A stretch of 64,000 bases of DNA. Origin: an uncultured Acidobacteriota bacterium. Its GTDB lineage: Bacteria; Acidobacteriota; Polarisedimenticolia; Polarisedimenticolales; JAIQFR01. The translations under genes were made by a program, and so were the position numbers. Position 1 is the stretch's first letter. Every line of letters starts with the position of its first letter. The notes under the pieces are model-generated. The model was not told the DNA's origin and ran no database searches. It worked only from the letters and a program-made list of their open reading frames with translations. Location of the stretch: the NCBI GenBank assembly GCA_937864465.1, contig CALMJU010000081.1, positions 10,857 through 74,856 on the forward strand, written 5' to 3'. Shown here piece after piece: positions 15,401-23,476 of this stretch.

Positions 15401-18400
15401 CGGACCCCGAGCGCGACTCTCCCGAGGAATCCCTCCTCCGACGTCTCCACGGGCTCGATCCCCCTGGTCCCCAGGAGCGCGGCGACGTCGAAGTCGGTCG
15501 CGTACGACCCGCGCAGGATCTTCAGTTCGCCCGACAGGCGGGATCGCCCCTCCCGTCCCGCTAGGACGAGCCTTCCCTCGTAGACGCCCCGGAATCCGGG
15601 CGGGTACTCCACCGCGACGCGCGAGACGCCGAACTCGATCTCGTGCTCGCGGATCCCGTCGCCTCCGACGGCTCCTCCCCCCCGGACGAGGATCTCGCCG
15701 CCCCCCGACAGGGCGCGCACGTCCTCGAGCTCGAACCTCCTCCCCTCGAACCGCACCCGGCCGTCCAGTCCGTCCAGGCGAAGGGGGAATCCCTCGAGGC
15801 GCAACCGTCCCTCCTCGACGCCGGCGGCCCCGCGAATCTCGGGGGCATCGGCCCTCCCCTCGACCTCGAGATCCAGCCGCAACCGGCCCGACGCCTTGAG
15901 GCCGGGCACGAGCGAGGAGAGCGCAGAGAGATCGATCGAGCCCCGCGCGCGGCCGGAGAGCCCCTCGTCGGCGAACCGATAGGCGAAGACGCCCTCGACA
16001 TCGATTCCTCCGCCCGTGATCCGGCAGGGGCCCGCCTCGAACCGTCCTCGCGAGAGCCGGAGCGGCACCGGCGCAGCGATCGAGGCGGAGCGGCCCCCGG
16101 AAACCACCTCCGCGTCGGTCAGGCTTCCCGATCCCTCCATCTCCTCGGGGGTCGCCAGGGGACCGTCGACCGCGATCTCGGCGCTCACCCGGAGTCTCGG
16201 CCCCGAGCCACCCTCCGCGGAGAGGGGGATCTCCGCCCTTTGCAGCACCGCCGTCGCGCGGATCGGAAGCGAATCCTCCCATCCCACGCTCCCGGCGACC
16301 CTCCACCTCGCCTCCTCTCGTCCCTCCACCTCGAAGCCGAGCGCATCGGGGGACACGCGCAGGATTCCGCCGATCTTCCCGAGCCTCCCCTCGCCGATTC
16401 GAAACTCCGACCCCGCCAACGAGACCTCGCCCGTCGTCCCGTCGGCGCCGAACCGGACCTGTCCCTGCGCGAGGAGCTCGCCCCCGACGTCGAGCCCCCG
16501 GCGCCGAAGGGCCGCGACCTTGGAGACGTCGAGGCGCGCGGATTCCACGCGGACATCCCCCGAGCCCGACTCCATGCCGACGCGAACGGAGAGCCGCCCC
16601 TCCAAGGCGAGGCCGGAGACCTCGACGTCTCGCGCCTCCAGGACTCCATCCCTCGCCTCGAGCCTGACGCGTCCCAGCTCCAGCGGCTCCCCGAGGACCC
16701 GCCCCTCGAGGAGCATGGCCTCTCCTCCCCCCTCGAGCCCGGCCGCGCCCCGCCGGAGGGCCAGGGACCCGCCGATCCTCCCGTCGGCGTCGAGATCGGA
16801 TCCCAGGCGCCGCAGCACGCGCGCGAGCCTCACGTCCTCCATCTCGAGGTCCACCCGCTCGATCGAGGACGAAGCCGTATCGAGGACGCAGGATGCGCGC
16901 AGGCGCTGCGAGGCGTCCTCGAGCGCGAGGCTTCGGAGATCGAGGCGGCCTCCCGCCACCCGGAGGGAGAGCGTCCCGCGGTCGAACGTCTCGCCGCTCC
17001 AAGATCCCTCGGCCAGGTCGACGTCCACCTCCACCGCGGGGTCTTCCCCAAGCTCGACGGCGGTGCGGAATCTCCCCTGCCCTGCGATCGGCTCCCTGAC
17101 GATCGCGGGCAGCTCGATTCCGAGCGATCCCAGGACGCGCAGCACTTCCTCGAGGGTCCGCCCCCCGGACCGCGTCTCGCCCGAGATCGCCGCCCGGCTC
17201 ATGCCCGCCTCCGGCGCGAGCGCGACATCGACCGCGAGGTCCAGCCTCGTCGCCTCGGTCTCCAACGCAGCGCCCGGGATCACGAAACGCCCCGTCCGGA
17301 ACTCGAACGGCCCCTCCATGCGGGCGGGGATGCCCAGCGCGGCCGGTCCCGGCTCCGCCGCGATCCTCCCGCCCCCCTCCCAGGTCTCCGGCGCGGCCGG
17401 CTCCCCGCGCAGCTCGAGGTCGACGGCCGCCCGCGCACTCACGGGGAGCGGAAGCCGCGCCAGGGCGAGGACCGAGCCGACGTCGACCTCGCTCCCGCTC
17501 ACGCGCGCATCGAAGCGCACGGGGTCGGAGAGATCGACGTCCACGGACCCGCGGAGGCTCCCGCCGAACGCTCTCGCCTCGAGTCCGCGGACGGCGAGAC
17601 GTCTCTCGTGGAACTCGACCCGCCCCGAGGCCTCCGTCGCGCGGATCGGCCCCAGCCGGCCCTCCCGGACCCGAACCGGCCCGACGGCGCGGAGGTCCCC
17701 CTCGAGGCCGTCGAGCACCAGATCGGCCCGCGCCTCCCCCGCGATTTCCGGGAACGACGGATCGAGCCACTCGCCCAGCGCGCCGAGATCGGCCACCAGC
17801 GACACGCGCCCCGTGTACGGAGCCCCCTCGCTCCTCGCGACGTTGGCGCGGAACGTCCCGTCGAGGCCCGGTGCGGTGACCCGGGAGCCGCGCAGCTCGA
17901 CCCTCGACTCCGTCAGGACGAAGCTCGAGCGGACCCGCAGAGGATACGGCCGGGCGAACGGAGGGCGACGCAACGAGATCGAGAGATCGGCCTCTCCGGC
18001 GAGCGCGCCCAGGAAGGAGGACCACGACGCCTCGATCGACACGTCCCGCGCCTCGAGGTCGAGCGGCGCCCGCCGATCGGCCCAGCGAACCAGGCCGTGC
18101 GCCACGTGCAGGCGATCGACCCGGATGTGCAGGCCCTTCCCCCGGGGCTCCCTTCGGGCGTACTCCGCCAGGAACTCCGGCGTGAGGGCGATCTGCGCCG
18201 CCTCCGTCTCGACCTCGGCGAGACGAACCCGCCCCAGTCCCAGCGAGACGAGCCCCTGCCAGGCGAGCTTGACGCGAAGGCGGGCGGCCGAGGCCTCGAG
18301 GGGCTCCGCCCCCTCGGCGGGCACCGATGCCGAGACGTCGCGCGCCTCCGCCTCGAGCCGCAGAGGGTGGACGCAAAGCGATCCGATCCGCAGCGAGCCC

Positions 18401-18567
18401 CCCGTGGCGGCCGCAAAGGCGCTCTCGATCCGAGCCCTCGCCTTTCCCTCCAGATCGGCCCGGGACAGCGCCAGCGCGCCCGCGCCCAGGCCCGCGGCGA
18501 GGACCGCGAGAGCGCCCGCCGCGAGCGCTCGGCGGCTCCGGCGCCGCGCAAGGGGCGCGGGACTCAC
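12427..18567 (-). CDS. single ORF fusing a TamB-like (DUF490) translocation-and-assembly protein to a POTRA-repeat Omp85 (TamA/BamA-like) beta-barrel
   Basis: 2046 codons from GTG 18567, which overlaps the rlmI-like stop (GTGA). The N-terminus is a signal-anchor-like segment (RRRSRRALAAGALAVLAAGLGAGALAL). The TamB-type C-terminal region (...LTSDPPLSQQDVMALLLTG...WQATRHFQIAGLYDTSGSSAGDIRYSRRF) ends near 14677. A 25-residue linker follows. From 14601 there are about five POTRA-like repeats and an Omp85 barrel ending ...GQFYFAIGILF. I re-translated 14581-14760 by hand and found no stop. Confidence 0.85.
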   Translation of the reverse strand: MSPAPLARRRSRRALAAGALAVLAAGLGAGALALSRADLEGKARARIESAFAAATGGSLRIGSLCVHPLRLEAEARDVSASVPAEGAEPLEASAARLRVKLAWQGLVSLGLGRVRLAEVETEAAQIALTPEFLAEYARREPRGKGLHIRVDRLHVAHGLVRWADRRAPLDLEARDVSIEASWSSFLGALAGEADLSISLRRPPFARPYPLRVRSSFVLTESRVELRGSRVTAPGLDGTFRANVARSEGAPYTGRVSLVADLGALGEWLDPSFPEIAGEARADLVLDGLEGDLRAVGPVRVREGRLGPIRATEASGRVEFHERRLAVRGLEARAFGGSLRGSVDVDLSDPVRFDARVSGSEVDVGSVLALARLPLPVSARAAVDLELRGEPAAPETWEGGGRIAAEPGPAALGIPARMEGPFEFRTGRFVIPGAALETEATRLDLAVDVALAPEAGMSRAAISGETRSGGRTLEEVLRVLGSLGIELPAIVREPIAGQGRFRTAVELGEDPAVEVDVDLAEGSWSGETFDRGTLSLRVAGGRLDLRSLALEDASQRLRASCVLDTASSSIERVDLEMEDVRLARVLRRLGSDLDADGRIGGSLALRRGAAGLEGGGEAMLLEGRVLGEPLELGRVRLEARDGVLEARDVEVSGLALEGRLSVRVGMESGSGDVRVESARLDVSKVAALRRRGLDVGGELLAQGQVRFGADGTTGEVSLAGSEFRIGEGRLGKIGGILRVSPDALGFEVEGREEARWRVAGSVGWEDSLPIRATAVLQRAEIPLSAEGGSGPRLRVSAEIAVDGPLATPEEMEGSGSLTDAEVVSGGRSASIAAPVPLRLSRGRFEAGPCRITGGGIDVEGVFAYRFADEGLSGRARGSIDLSALSSLVPGLKASGRLRLDLEVEGRADAPEIRGAAGVEEGRLRLEGFPLRLDGLDGRVRFEGRRFELEDVRALSGGGEILVRGGGAVGGDGIREHEIEFGVSRVAVEYPPGFRGVYEGRLVLAGREGRSRLSGELKILRGSYATDFDVAALLGTRGIEPVETSEEGFLGRVALGVRVRAEDGVWVRNNMARLESAVSLDLGGDLERPEVIGRISALEGGVLTFRGVDYRILSGTLDFSDPDRIDPYLAVSAETRVDRYDVRLRAEGRLEKFDYELTSDPPLSQQDVMALLLTGSTAEDWSEVAAGVGAGGLAASHVSGAYVAGAVAGVLGEPIKKSFGLDQLRIDPFLVEGQADPSTRVTVGKKLAEDVRLVYSVDLGDAEKSIYKVEWQATRHFQIAGLYDTSGSSAGDIRYSRRFRLGRPRGLFSPQPLPVASAGASLDGMTVESVAFAGAGSEEGARLARKLPLREGDAFRRSRMMESADEIRRAEAARDRFLARVIPEAVEIEGGVAVTYRVEPGPEVDLEIRGVPIWDRRRIRRRLVGLWGEPAAPEDLTADGEEEIRRYFRDRGYYAVDVVREENLRGVRKLVRYSVDRGRRVRIAEVSVEGGESLSRDEIRSHLMTRPDTAWSRRHVNSEGLRQDAATIRALYLERGFLGVRVGDPEVSLSLDGREASVTFRIEEGRRFTVREVRVPEGLVVPPATMRAWAGIEKGEVFSPARGLRAENALRARFDEMGYPDVRVELRTSADDSGGVVVEFDVAPGQRKTVASVRIEGNERTRDATVLREVGFAPGDPASRARLLETQRRLYQLGIFRSVRVDFPPGGGAGGGGQDVRISVEEAAPYHVSAGLGYDTEGGAQATYSLGHDNVGGYGRSVALQGKYSGVENRMQVVAREPRLFGRRLDTLFTIFRERREETGYDVFTRSLGFRVERRPKPGWVGHLRYSYQDVTLSNVEDALAALEDKLEDVQLGNLSFAVVRNTRDDVFSPTRGGIASAELSVFGPLLLSEETFAKLFLRGAFTKTYRNDVSVSGAARLGLALPLGSTDRVPLSERYFAGGESTLRGFARDAVGPSVEGIPSGGEALGIVNVEWLFPVRGPVRGVLFADAGSVWEDLSSIDAEGLREDAGVGLRILTPIGPVRAEYAWKLDRRPDETPGQFYFAIGILF

Positions 18568-19739
18568 GGTACCGCCAGGACGAAGCACTTGAGGTAATGG
18601 CTCTCCGGAAATCCGAGCCGGATCGGGTGGTCCCTCCCCTGCGTCCGCTTCTCGACCACACGGAGGACCCGGCCCGCATCCGCCGCCGCCTCGGCGAGCA
18701 CGTCGAGGAAATCCGACTCGCGGAGGTTGTACGAGCACGACGAGGTCACGAGGATCCCGCCGGCCCCGAGGAGCCTCATGGCGCGGAGGTTGACCTCCTT
18801 GTAGCCTCGGCGCGCCTCCGCCGCCTCCCCGCGGCTCTTGGCGAACGCCGGGGGATCGAGGATCACCTGATCGAAGCGCTCCCCGCGCCGCTCCCGTGCG
18901 CGCAGGTCCTCGAAGACGTTCGCGACCGAGAAGCGGACCGATGAGGCGAGCCCCGCCGCCGCCGCCGCCGCCGCGCCGCGCGCCACCGCCTCGGCCGAGG
19001 AATCGACGGCCTCGACCTCGGCCCCGCGGAGAGCGGCCGCGAGACCGAATCCGCCCTGGTAGCAGAAGGCGTCGAGGACGCGTCCCCGGCTCCACTCCGC
19101 CGCGGCGATCCGGTTCTCGACCTGGTCCAGGAAAGCCCCAGTCTTCTGGCCCCGACGGCAGTCGATCCGCTGCACGATCCGCCCTTCCCGGACCTCGATC
19201 TCGTCGGGTGTCCGCCCGCGCAGCTGCCGCACCTCCCTGGGCAGCCCCTCGAGCGCGCGCACCGCCGGGTCGTTCCGGGCGAGCACCGACTCCGTCTCCA
19301 CCCGCTCCACGAGCAGGTCCACGAGGAGATCCAGGAGGCGTTCCGTAGCGGCGGTCAGAGACTGGACGACCAGGTGGCTCCCGTAGCGGTCCGCGACCAG
19401 GCCCGGGATCCCGTCGCTCTCGCCGAAGACGAGCCGCATGGCCTCGGAAGCGGGCCGCACTCGCGATCGCCACTCGAGCGCTCGCTCGATCCTCCCCTCC
19501 CAGAACGCGCGGTCGGGCTCCTCGGCCGAGAGCGTCACGAACCGCAGCGCGATCTTCGAGGTCGCGGAGTAGAAGGCCCAGCCGAGCCGCTCCCCCCGCT
19601 CGGTCTCCGCCGGGATCAGGTCGCCGTGCGCGGCGCCGCGAGGATCCGGCACGTCGTCCCGGAAGACCCAGGGGTGGCCCGCACGCACCCGCCTCGCACC
19701 TCGGCGGCTGACTCGTACGGGGACCCTAGTTCCCGACAT
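18564..19739 (-). CDS. rlmI: class I SAM-dependent rRNA methyltransferase, RlmI-like (PUA-like N-terminus plus MTase)
   Basis: 391 aa. It contains RRVRAGHPWVFRDDV, GIPGLVADRYG, and VLDAFCYQGGFGLAAA...VILDPPAFAKS, which is the RlmI/YccW-type architecture. Confidence 0.85.
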   Translation of the reverse strand: MSGTRVPVRVSRRGARRVRAGHPWVFRDDVPDPRGAAHGDLIPAETERGERLGWAFYSATSKIALRFVTLSAEEPDRAFWEGRIERALEWRSRVRPASEAMRLVFGESDGIPGLVADRYGSHLVVQSLTAATERLLDLLVDLLVERVETESVLARNDPAVRALEGLPREVRQLRGRTPDEIEVREGRIVQRIDCRRGQKTGAFLDQVENRIAAAEWSRGRVLDAFCYQGGFGLAAALRGAEVEAVDSSAEAVARGAAAAAAAGLASSVRFSVANVFEDLRARERRGERFDQVILDPPAFAKSRGEAAEARRGYKEVNLRAMRLLGAGGILVTSSCSYNLRESDFLDVLAEAAADAGRVLRVVEKRTQGRDHPIRLGFPESHYLKCFVLAVP

Positions 19740-19808
19740 CGGAGCTGCCTCCCGGTGCGGGCTTTGCAGCGGGGGGGCCGGGCGGAACGCGCTCCCGGGA
19801 GCCGGGCG

Positions 19809-20612
19809 CTAGTCCTCTTCGGCCTCCTCGGAATCGTCGTCCTCGACGCCGAGGGGCTCCTCCTCCAGATCCTCCGCCCCCTCCGGAGCAATCTCGGTGT
19901 CGTACTCCTGCGACGGCGACTCCTCGGCCTCGTCTTCCTCTGCCTCGTCGGCATCGAGACGGCTCGGATACTCGGGCAGGAGCCCCTGCTCCTCCAGGCC
20001 TTGGCACCGGATGCAGTAGCGGGCCCAAGGCGCCACCTCGAGCCGCTTGCGCGCGATCTCCTCGCCGCACTGGAGGCAGGATCCGTAGTCCCCGTGCCCG
20101 ATGCGGGCCAGGGCCTCCTCGACCAGCACGAGCATCTTCCGGTCCATCTCGCTCAGCGACAGCCCGAACTCCTTCGTGTAAGAGTTCACCGCGTAGTCGA
20201 TGTAGTCCTCGGTCCCGCTGTCCGGGTGCGTCCGGCTGTCTCCGGTCGACAGGCTGTACGCCCGGACCAACTCCCGGTGCCGCTCCAGCAGGAGCCGCCG
20301 GAACTCCTCGGCCTCCTTCCGACGCATTCTCCGCTTCGGCGCGACCCGCCTCTTCGGCTCGGCCACGCGCGTCTCCACGCCGGCCTTCGTCCGCCCCGTC
20401 GGCGCGGGCACCGGCGCCGGCCCCTTCGGCGGCGCGCTCGTGCGCGGGACCGCCTTCCGCGCCGCCGGCCTCCGCGGCCGAGGCTCGCTCTTCCTGTCGC
20501 GCGCCTTCGGCGCCGCCTTCGGCTTCGCCTTGATCTTCGGGGCTCGCGCGGCAACCCGCTTTGCGCCCTTCGACGCTCCGCTCCCCTTCCGCTTGCCGGC
20601 TCTCGTCGTCAT
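19809..20612 (-). CDS. dksA: DksA/TraR-family C4 zinc-finger regulator with a basic N-terminal extension and an acidic C-terminal tail
   Basis: 267 aa. Residues 1-98 are K/R/A/P-rich (KIKAKPKAAPKARDRK...). The core carries the coiled-coil tip motif DYIDYA (DxxDxA) and the zinc finger CLQCGEEI...(17)...CIRC. The last 50-odd residues are D/E-rich (DADEAEEDEAEE...DDDSEEAEED). Confidence 0.9.
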   Translation of the reverse strand: MTTRAGKRKGSGASKGAKRVAARAPKIKAKPKAAPKARDRKSEPRPRRPAARKAVPRTSAPPKGPAPVPAPTGRTKAGVETRVAEPKRRVAPKRRMRRKEAEEFRRLLLERHRELVRAYSLSTGDSRTHPDSGTEDYIDYAVNSYTKEFGLSLSEMDRKMLVLVEEALARIGHGDYGSCLQCGEEIARKRLEVAPWARYCIRCQGLEEQGLLPEYPSRLDADEAEEDEAEESPSQEYDTEIAPEGAEDLEEEPLGVEDDDSEEAEED

Positions 20613-20674
20613 GGCCCCCTCCCGCCGCCCGTGCCGCGGGCTCCCGCTCCCCCGGCCCCCGAAAAAAGCGTGTA

Positions 20675-20703
20675 AATATAGCCTCGGCGCCCGGCACGGT
20701 CAA
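20675..20703 (-). promoter_or_regulatory. sigma70-type promoter upstream of the dksA-like gene
   Basis: The minus strand reads TTGACC (20703-20698), a 17-nt spacer, then TATATT (20680-20675). It lies about 60 nt upstream of ATG 20612, which has a GGGAGGGGG SD. Confidence 0.55.
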
Positions 20704-20731
20704 GGATTTCCGGCAGAAGTCCAGCCCCCGA

Positions 20732-23476
20732 TCAGGCCGTTCCCGACCCTCCCCCTCCCTGCTCCGCGAGCGCCGCCTGGGCGGCCGCCAGCCTCGCCAC
20801 GGGAACGCGGTACGGGGAGCAGGACGCGTAGTCGAGCCCCACGCGGTGGAAGAAGGCAACCGATTCGGGGTCGCCCCCGTGCTCGCCGCACACCCCGACC
20901 TTCAGTCCGGCTCGTCCCCTGCGGCCCTCCTCCACGCCCATCCGCACGAGGCGTCCGACCCCTTCCTCGTCGATGCCCTGGAACGGGTCGCGCCGCAGGA
21001 TGCGGCGCTCGAGGTAGGCGCCCAAGAACTTCCCGACGTCGTCCCGGCTGTAGCCGTACGTCATCTGGGTCAAGTCGTTGGTGCCGAAGGAGAAGAACTC
21101 CGCCTCCCTCCCGACCGCCTCGGCGATCAGGCAGGCGCGAGGGATCTCGATCATCGTCCCGACCAGGTACGGAACCGCGATCCGCGTCCTGCGATGCACC
21201 TCCTCGGCGATCGCCCGCGTCCTCGCGGCGATGTCGGTGAACTCCCGAACGGTTCCTACCAGCGGGATCATCACCTCCGGAAGGACGCGGATCCCCTTCT
21301 TGACGCACTGGGCGGCCGCCTCGAAGATCGCGCGCGCCTGCATGTCGTAGATCTCAGGAAACGTCACTCCGAGCCGGCATCCGCGGTGGCCGAGCATCGG
21401 ATTCGCCTCGTGCAGCTGCGCCGCCTTCTCCTCGAGCGTCCGCGCCGGCACGCGCATCTCTCGCGCGAGCTTCCGGAACTGCTCGGGCTGCGTCGGGAGA
21501 AACTCGTGCAGCGGGGGGTCCAGGAGCCGGATCGTCACCGGGAGCCCGTCCATCGCCTTGAAGATCCCGGCGAAGTCGCGGCGCTGCATCGGAAGCAGCT
21601 TCGAGAGCGCACGGCGGCGCTGCGAGACGTCCTCGGAGAGGATCATCTCCCGCACGGCCGCGATCCTGTCCTCGGCGAAGAACATGTGCTCGGTCCGGCA
21701 CAGACCGATCCCCTCGGCGCCGAAGGCTCTCGCCACCGCCGCATCGTGCGGGGTGTCGGCGTTCGTGCGGATCTTGAGCCTCCTCGTCGCATCGGCCCAC
21801 TCCATGAGGGCGGCGTACCTCCGGTACAGCGGGGACCGCTCCGCCTTGAGCGCGCGGCGAACCAGGACCTGCTGGACCTCGGAAGGGTGGGTGTCGAGGG
21901 CTCCCAGGATCACCTCGCCGGTGGAGCCGTCGATCGACAGCGCGTCGCCTTCCTTGAGCACCTTCCCCGCGGCGCGGAGCCGGCCGGCGTCGGGGTCCAC
22001 GAGGAGCGCCTCCGCTCCGACCACGCACGGCTTCCCCATCCCTCGCGCCACGACGGCGGCGTGCGAGGTCATCCCTCCCCGGCTCGTCAAGATGCCCACC
22101 GCCGCCACCATGCCTGCCAGGTCCTCGGGACTGGTCTCCGCCCGAACCAGGAGCACCCTCGCGCCCTTTCCGGCCATCTCCACCGCCCGCTTCGCGGAGA
22201 ACGCCACGACGCCCGAGGCCGCGCCGGGCCCCGCGGGGAGTCCCTTCGCCAGGACCCGTCCCTCGCGGCGCGCGCGCTCCTTGTCCCGCGTGTCGAAAAT
22301 CGGGGCGAGGAGCTGCACGAGCATGTCGGGCTCGACCCGCTGCAGAACCGCCTTGCGGTCGATGACGCCGGCCTCGTGGAGGTCGAAGGCGATGTGCAGC
22401 GCCGCCAGTCCCGTCCGCTTGCCCGTACGGGTCTGCAGCATGTAGAGGCGCCCGCGCTCGATCGTGAACTCGATGTCCTGCATGTCCTTGTAATGCGCCT
22501 CGAGCCGTCCCCGGATCTCGAGGAGCTGCGCGAAGCACCGCGGCATCGTCTCCTCGAGCGAGCCGCCCGCGTCCCCGCCGGCCTGTGCGCGGGAGATCGG
22601 CCGCGGCGTGCGGATCCCCGCGACGACGTCCTCCCCCTGCGCGTTCGGGAGGTACTCGCCGTAGAACACGTTCTCGCCCGTGGCGGGATTCCTCGTGAAC
22701 GCCACGCCGGTGGCGCAGTCCTCGCCGAGGTTCCCGAACACCATGCACTGGACGTTGACGGCCGTCCCGAGATCGTCGGGGATCGCGTACTGCCTCCGGT
22801 AGATGCGCGCCCTCTCGTTCATCCAGCTCCGGAACACCGCGGCGATCGCCCCCCAGAGCTGCTCCCGCGGATCCTCCGGAAACGGACGCCCCGCGGCCTT
22901 GCGGACCTTCTCCTTGTAGCGGCGCACCAGCGCCTCGAGGTCCCCGGCCGAGAGGTCCGTGTCGTGCCTGGCGTGACGGGCTCTCTTCATCGCGACCAGC
23001 AGGTGCTCGAACTCCTGCTTCTTCACTCCCAGGACGACGTCCGCGTACATCTGGATGAACCGGCGGTACGAGTCGAACGCGAAGCGCCGGTCGCCCCCCG
23101 CTCGGGCCAGCCCCTCCACCGCCCGGTCGTTCAGGCCAAGATTCAGGATCGTGTCCATCATCCCCGGCATCGAGAACTTCGCCCCCGAGCGCACGGACAC
23201 CAGCAGCGGGTCCGATTCGTCCCCGAAGCGCTTTCCCTGCGCCTTCTCGAGCCCGGCGAGCGCGCGCTTCACCTGCTCCTCGAGTCCCTCGGGCATCTTC
23301 CCGTCCGCCTCGAAATAGCGCACGCACGCCCGCGTCGAGATCGTGAAGCCGGGGGGAACGGGAATCCCGAGGTTCGTCATCTCGGCGAGGTTCGCTCCTT
23401 TCCCCCCCAGCACGTCCTTCATGCCGGCGTTTCCCTCGGCGGCACCGTTCGCGAAGAAGTACACGAGCTTGTCCAT
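20732..23476 (-). CDS. ppdK: pyruvate, phosphate dikinase
   Basis: 914 aa: [48 protein letters not shown]... The phospho-His region is GILTSRGGMTSHAAVVARGMG. The C-terminal PEP-utilising TIM barrel has FFSFGTNDLTQ. Confidence 0.97.
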   Translation of the reverse strand: MDKLVYFFANGAAEGNAGMKDVLGGKGANLAEMTNLGIPVPPGFTISTRACVRYFEADGKMPEGLEEQVKRALAGLEKAQGKRFGDESDPLLVSVRSGAKFSMPGMMDTILNLGLNDRAVEGLARAGGDRRFAFDSYRRFIQMYADVVLGVKKQEFEHLLVAMKRARHARHDTDLSAGDLEALVRRYKEKVRKAAGRPFPEDPREQLWGAIAAVFRSWMNERARIYRRQYAIPDDLGTAVNVQCMVFGNLGEDCATGVAFTRNPATGENVFYGEYLPNAQGEDVVAGIRTPRPISRAQAGGDAGGSLEETMPRCFAQLLEIRGRLEAHYKDMQDIEFTIERGRLYMLQTRTGKRTGLAALHIAFDLHEAGVIDRKAVLQRVEPDMLVQLLAPIFDTRDKERARREGRVLAKGLPAGPGAASGVVAFSAKRAVEMAGKGARVLLVRAETSPEDLAGMVAAVGILTSRGGMTSHAAVVARGMGKPCVVGAEALLVDPDAGRLRAAGKVLKEGDALSIDGSTGEVILGALDTHPSEVQQVLVRRALKAERSPLYRRYAALMEWADATRRLKIRTNADTPHDAAVARAFGAEGIGLCRTEHMFFAEDRIAAVREMILSEDVSQRRRALSKLLPMQRRDFAGIFKAMDGLPVTIRLLDPPLHEFLPTQPEQFRKLAREMRVPARTLEEKAAQLHEANPMLGHRGCRLGVTFPEIYDMQARAIFEAAAQCVKKGIRVLPEVMIPLVGTVREFTDIAARTRAIAEEVHRRTRIAVPYLVGTMIEIPRACLIAEAVGREAEFFSFGTNDLTQMTYGYSRDDVGKFLGAYLERRILRRDPFQGIDEEGVGRLVRMGVEEGRRGRAGLKVGVCGEHGGDPESVAFFHRVGLDYASCSPYRVPVARLAAAQAALAEQGGGGSGTA

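Noticed and set aside
15047-18679. Alternate-frame and antisense ORFs inside the TamB region (15047..18679 minus, 15643..18597 plus, 16016..18592 plus).
   Set aside because: They overlap the TamB-like frame, which has the recognisable DUF490-type C-terminus and an N-terminal anchor. Their translations are low-complexity Arg/Gly/Pro/Ser.
18568-19473. A 302-codon 5' extension of the TamB-Omp85 track ORF (MAIASAARFRGH...).
   Set aside because: It lies in an alternate frame of the well-supported RlmI-like gene. The GTG at 18567 overlaps that gene's stop (GTGA) and is followed immediately by the basic/hydrophobic anchor expected for TamB.
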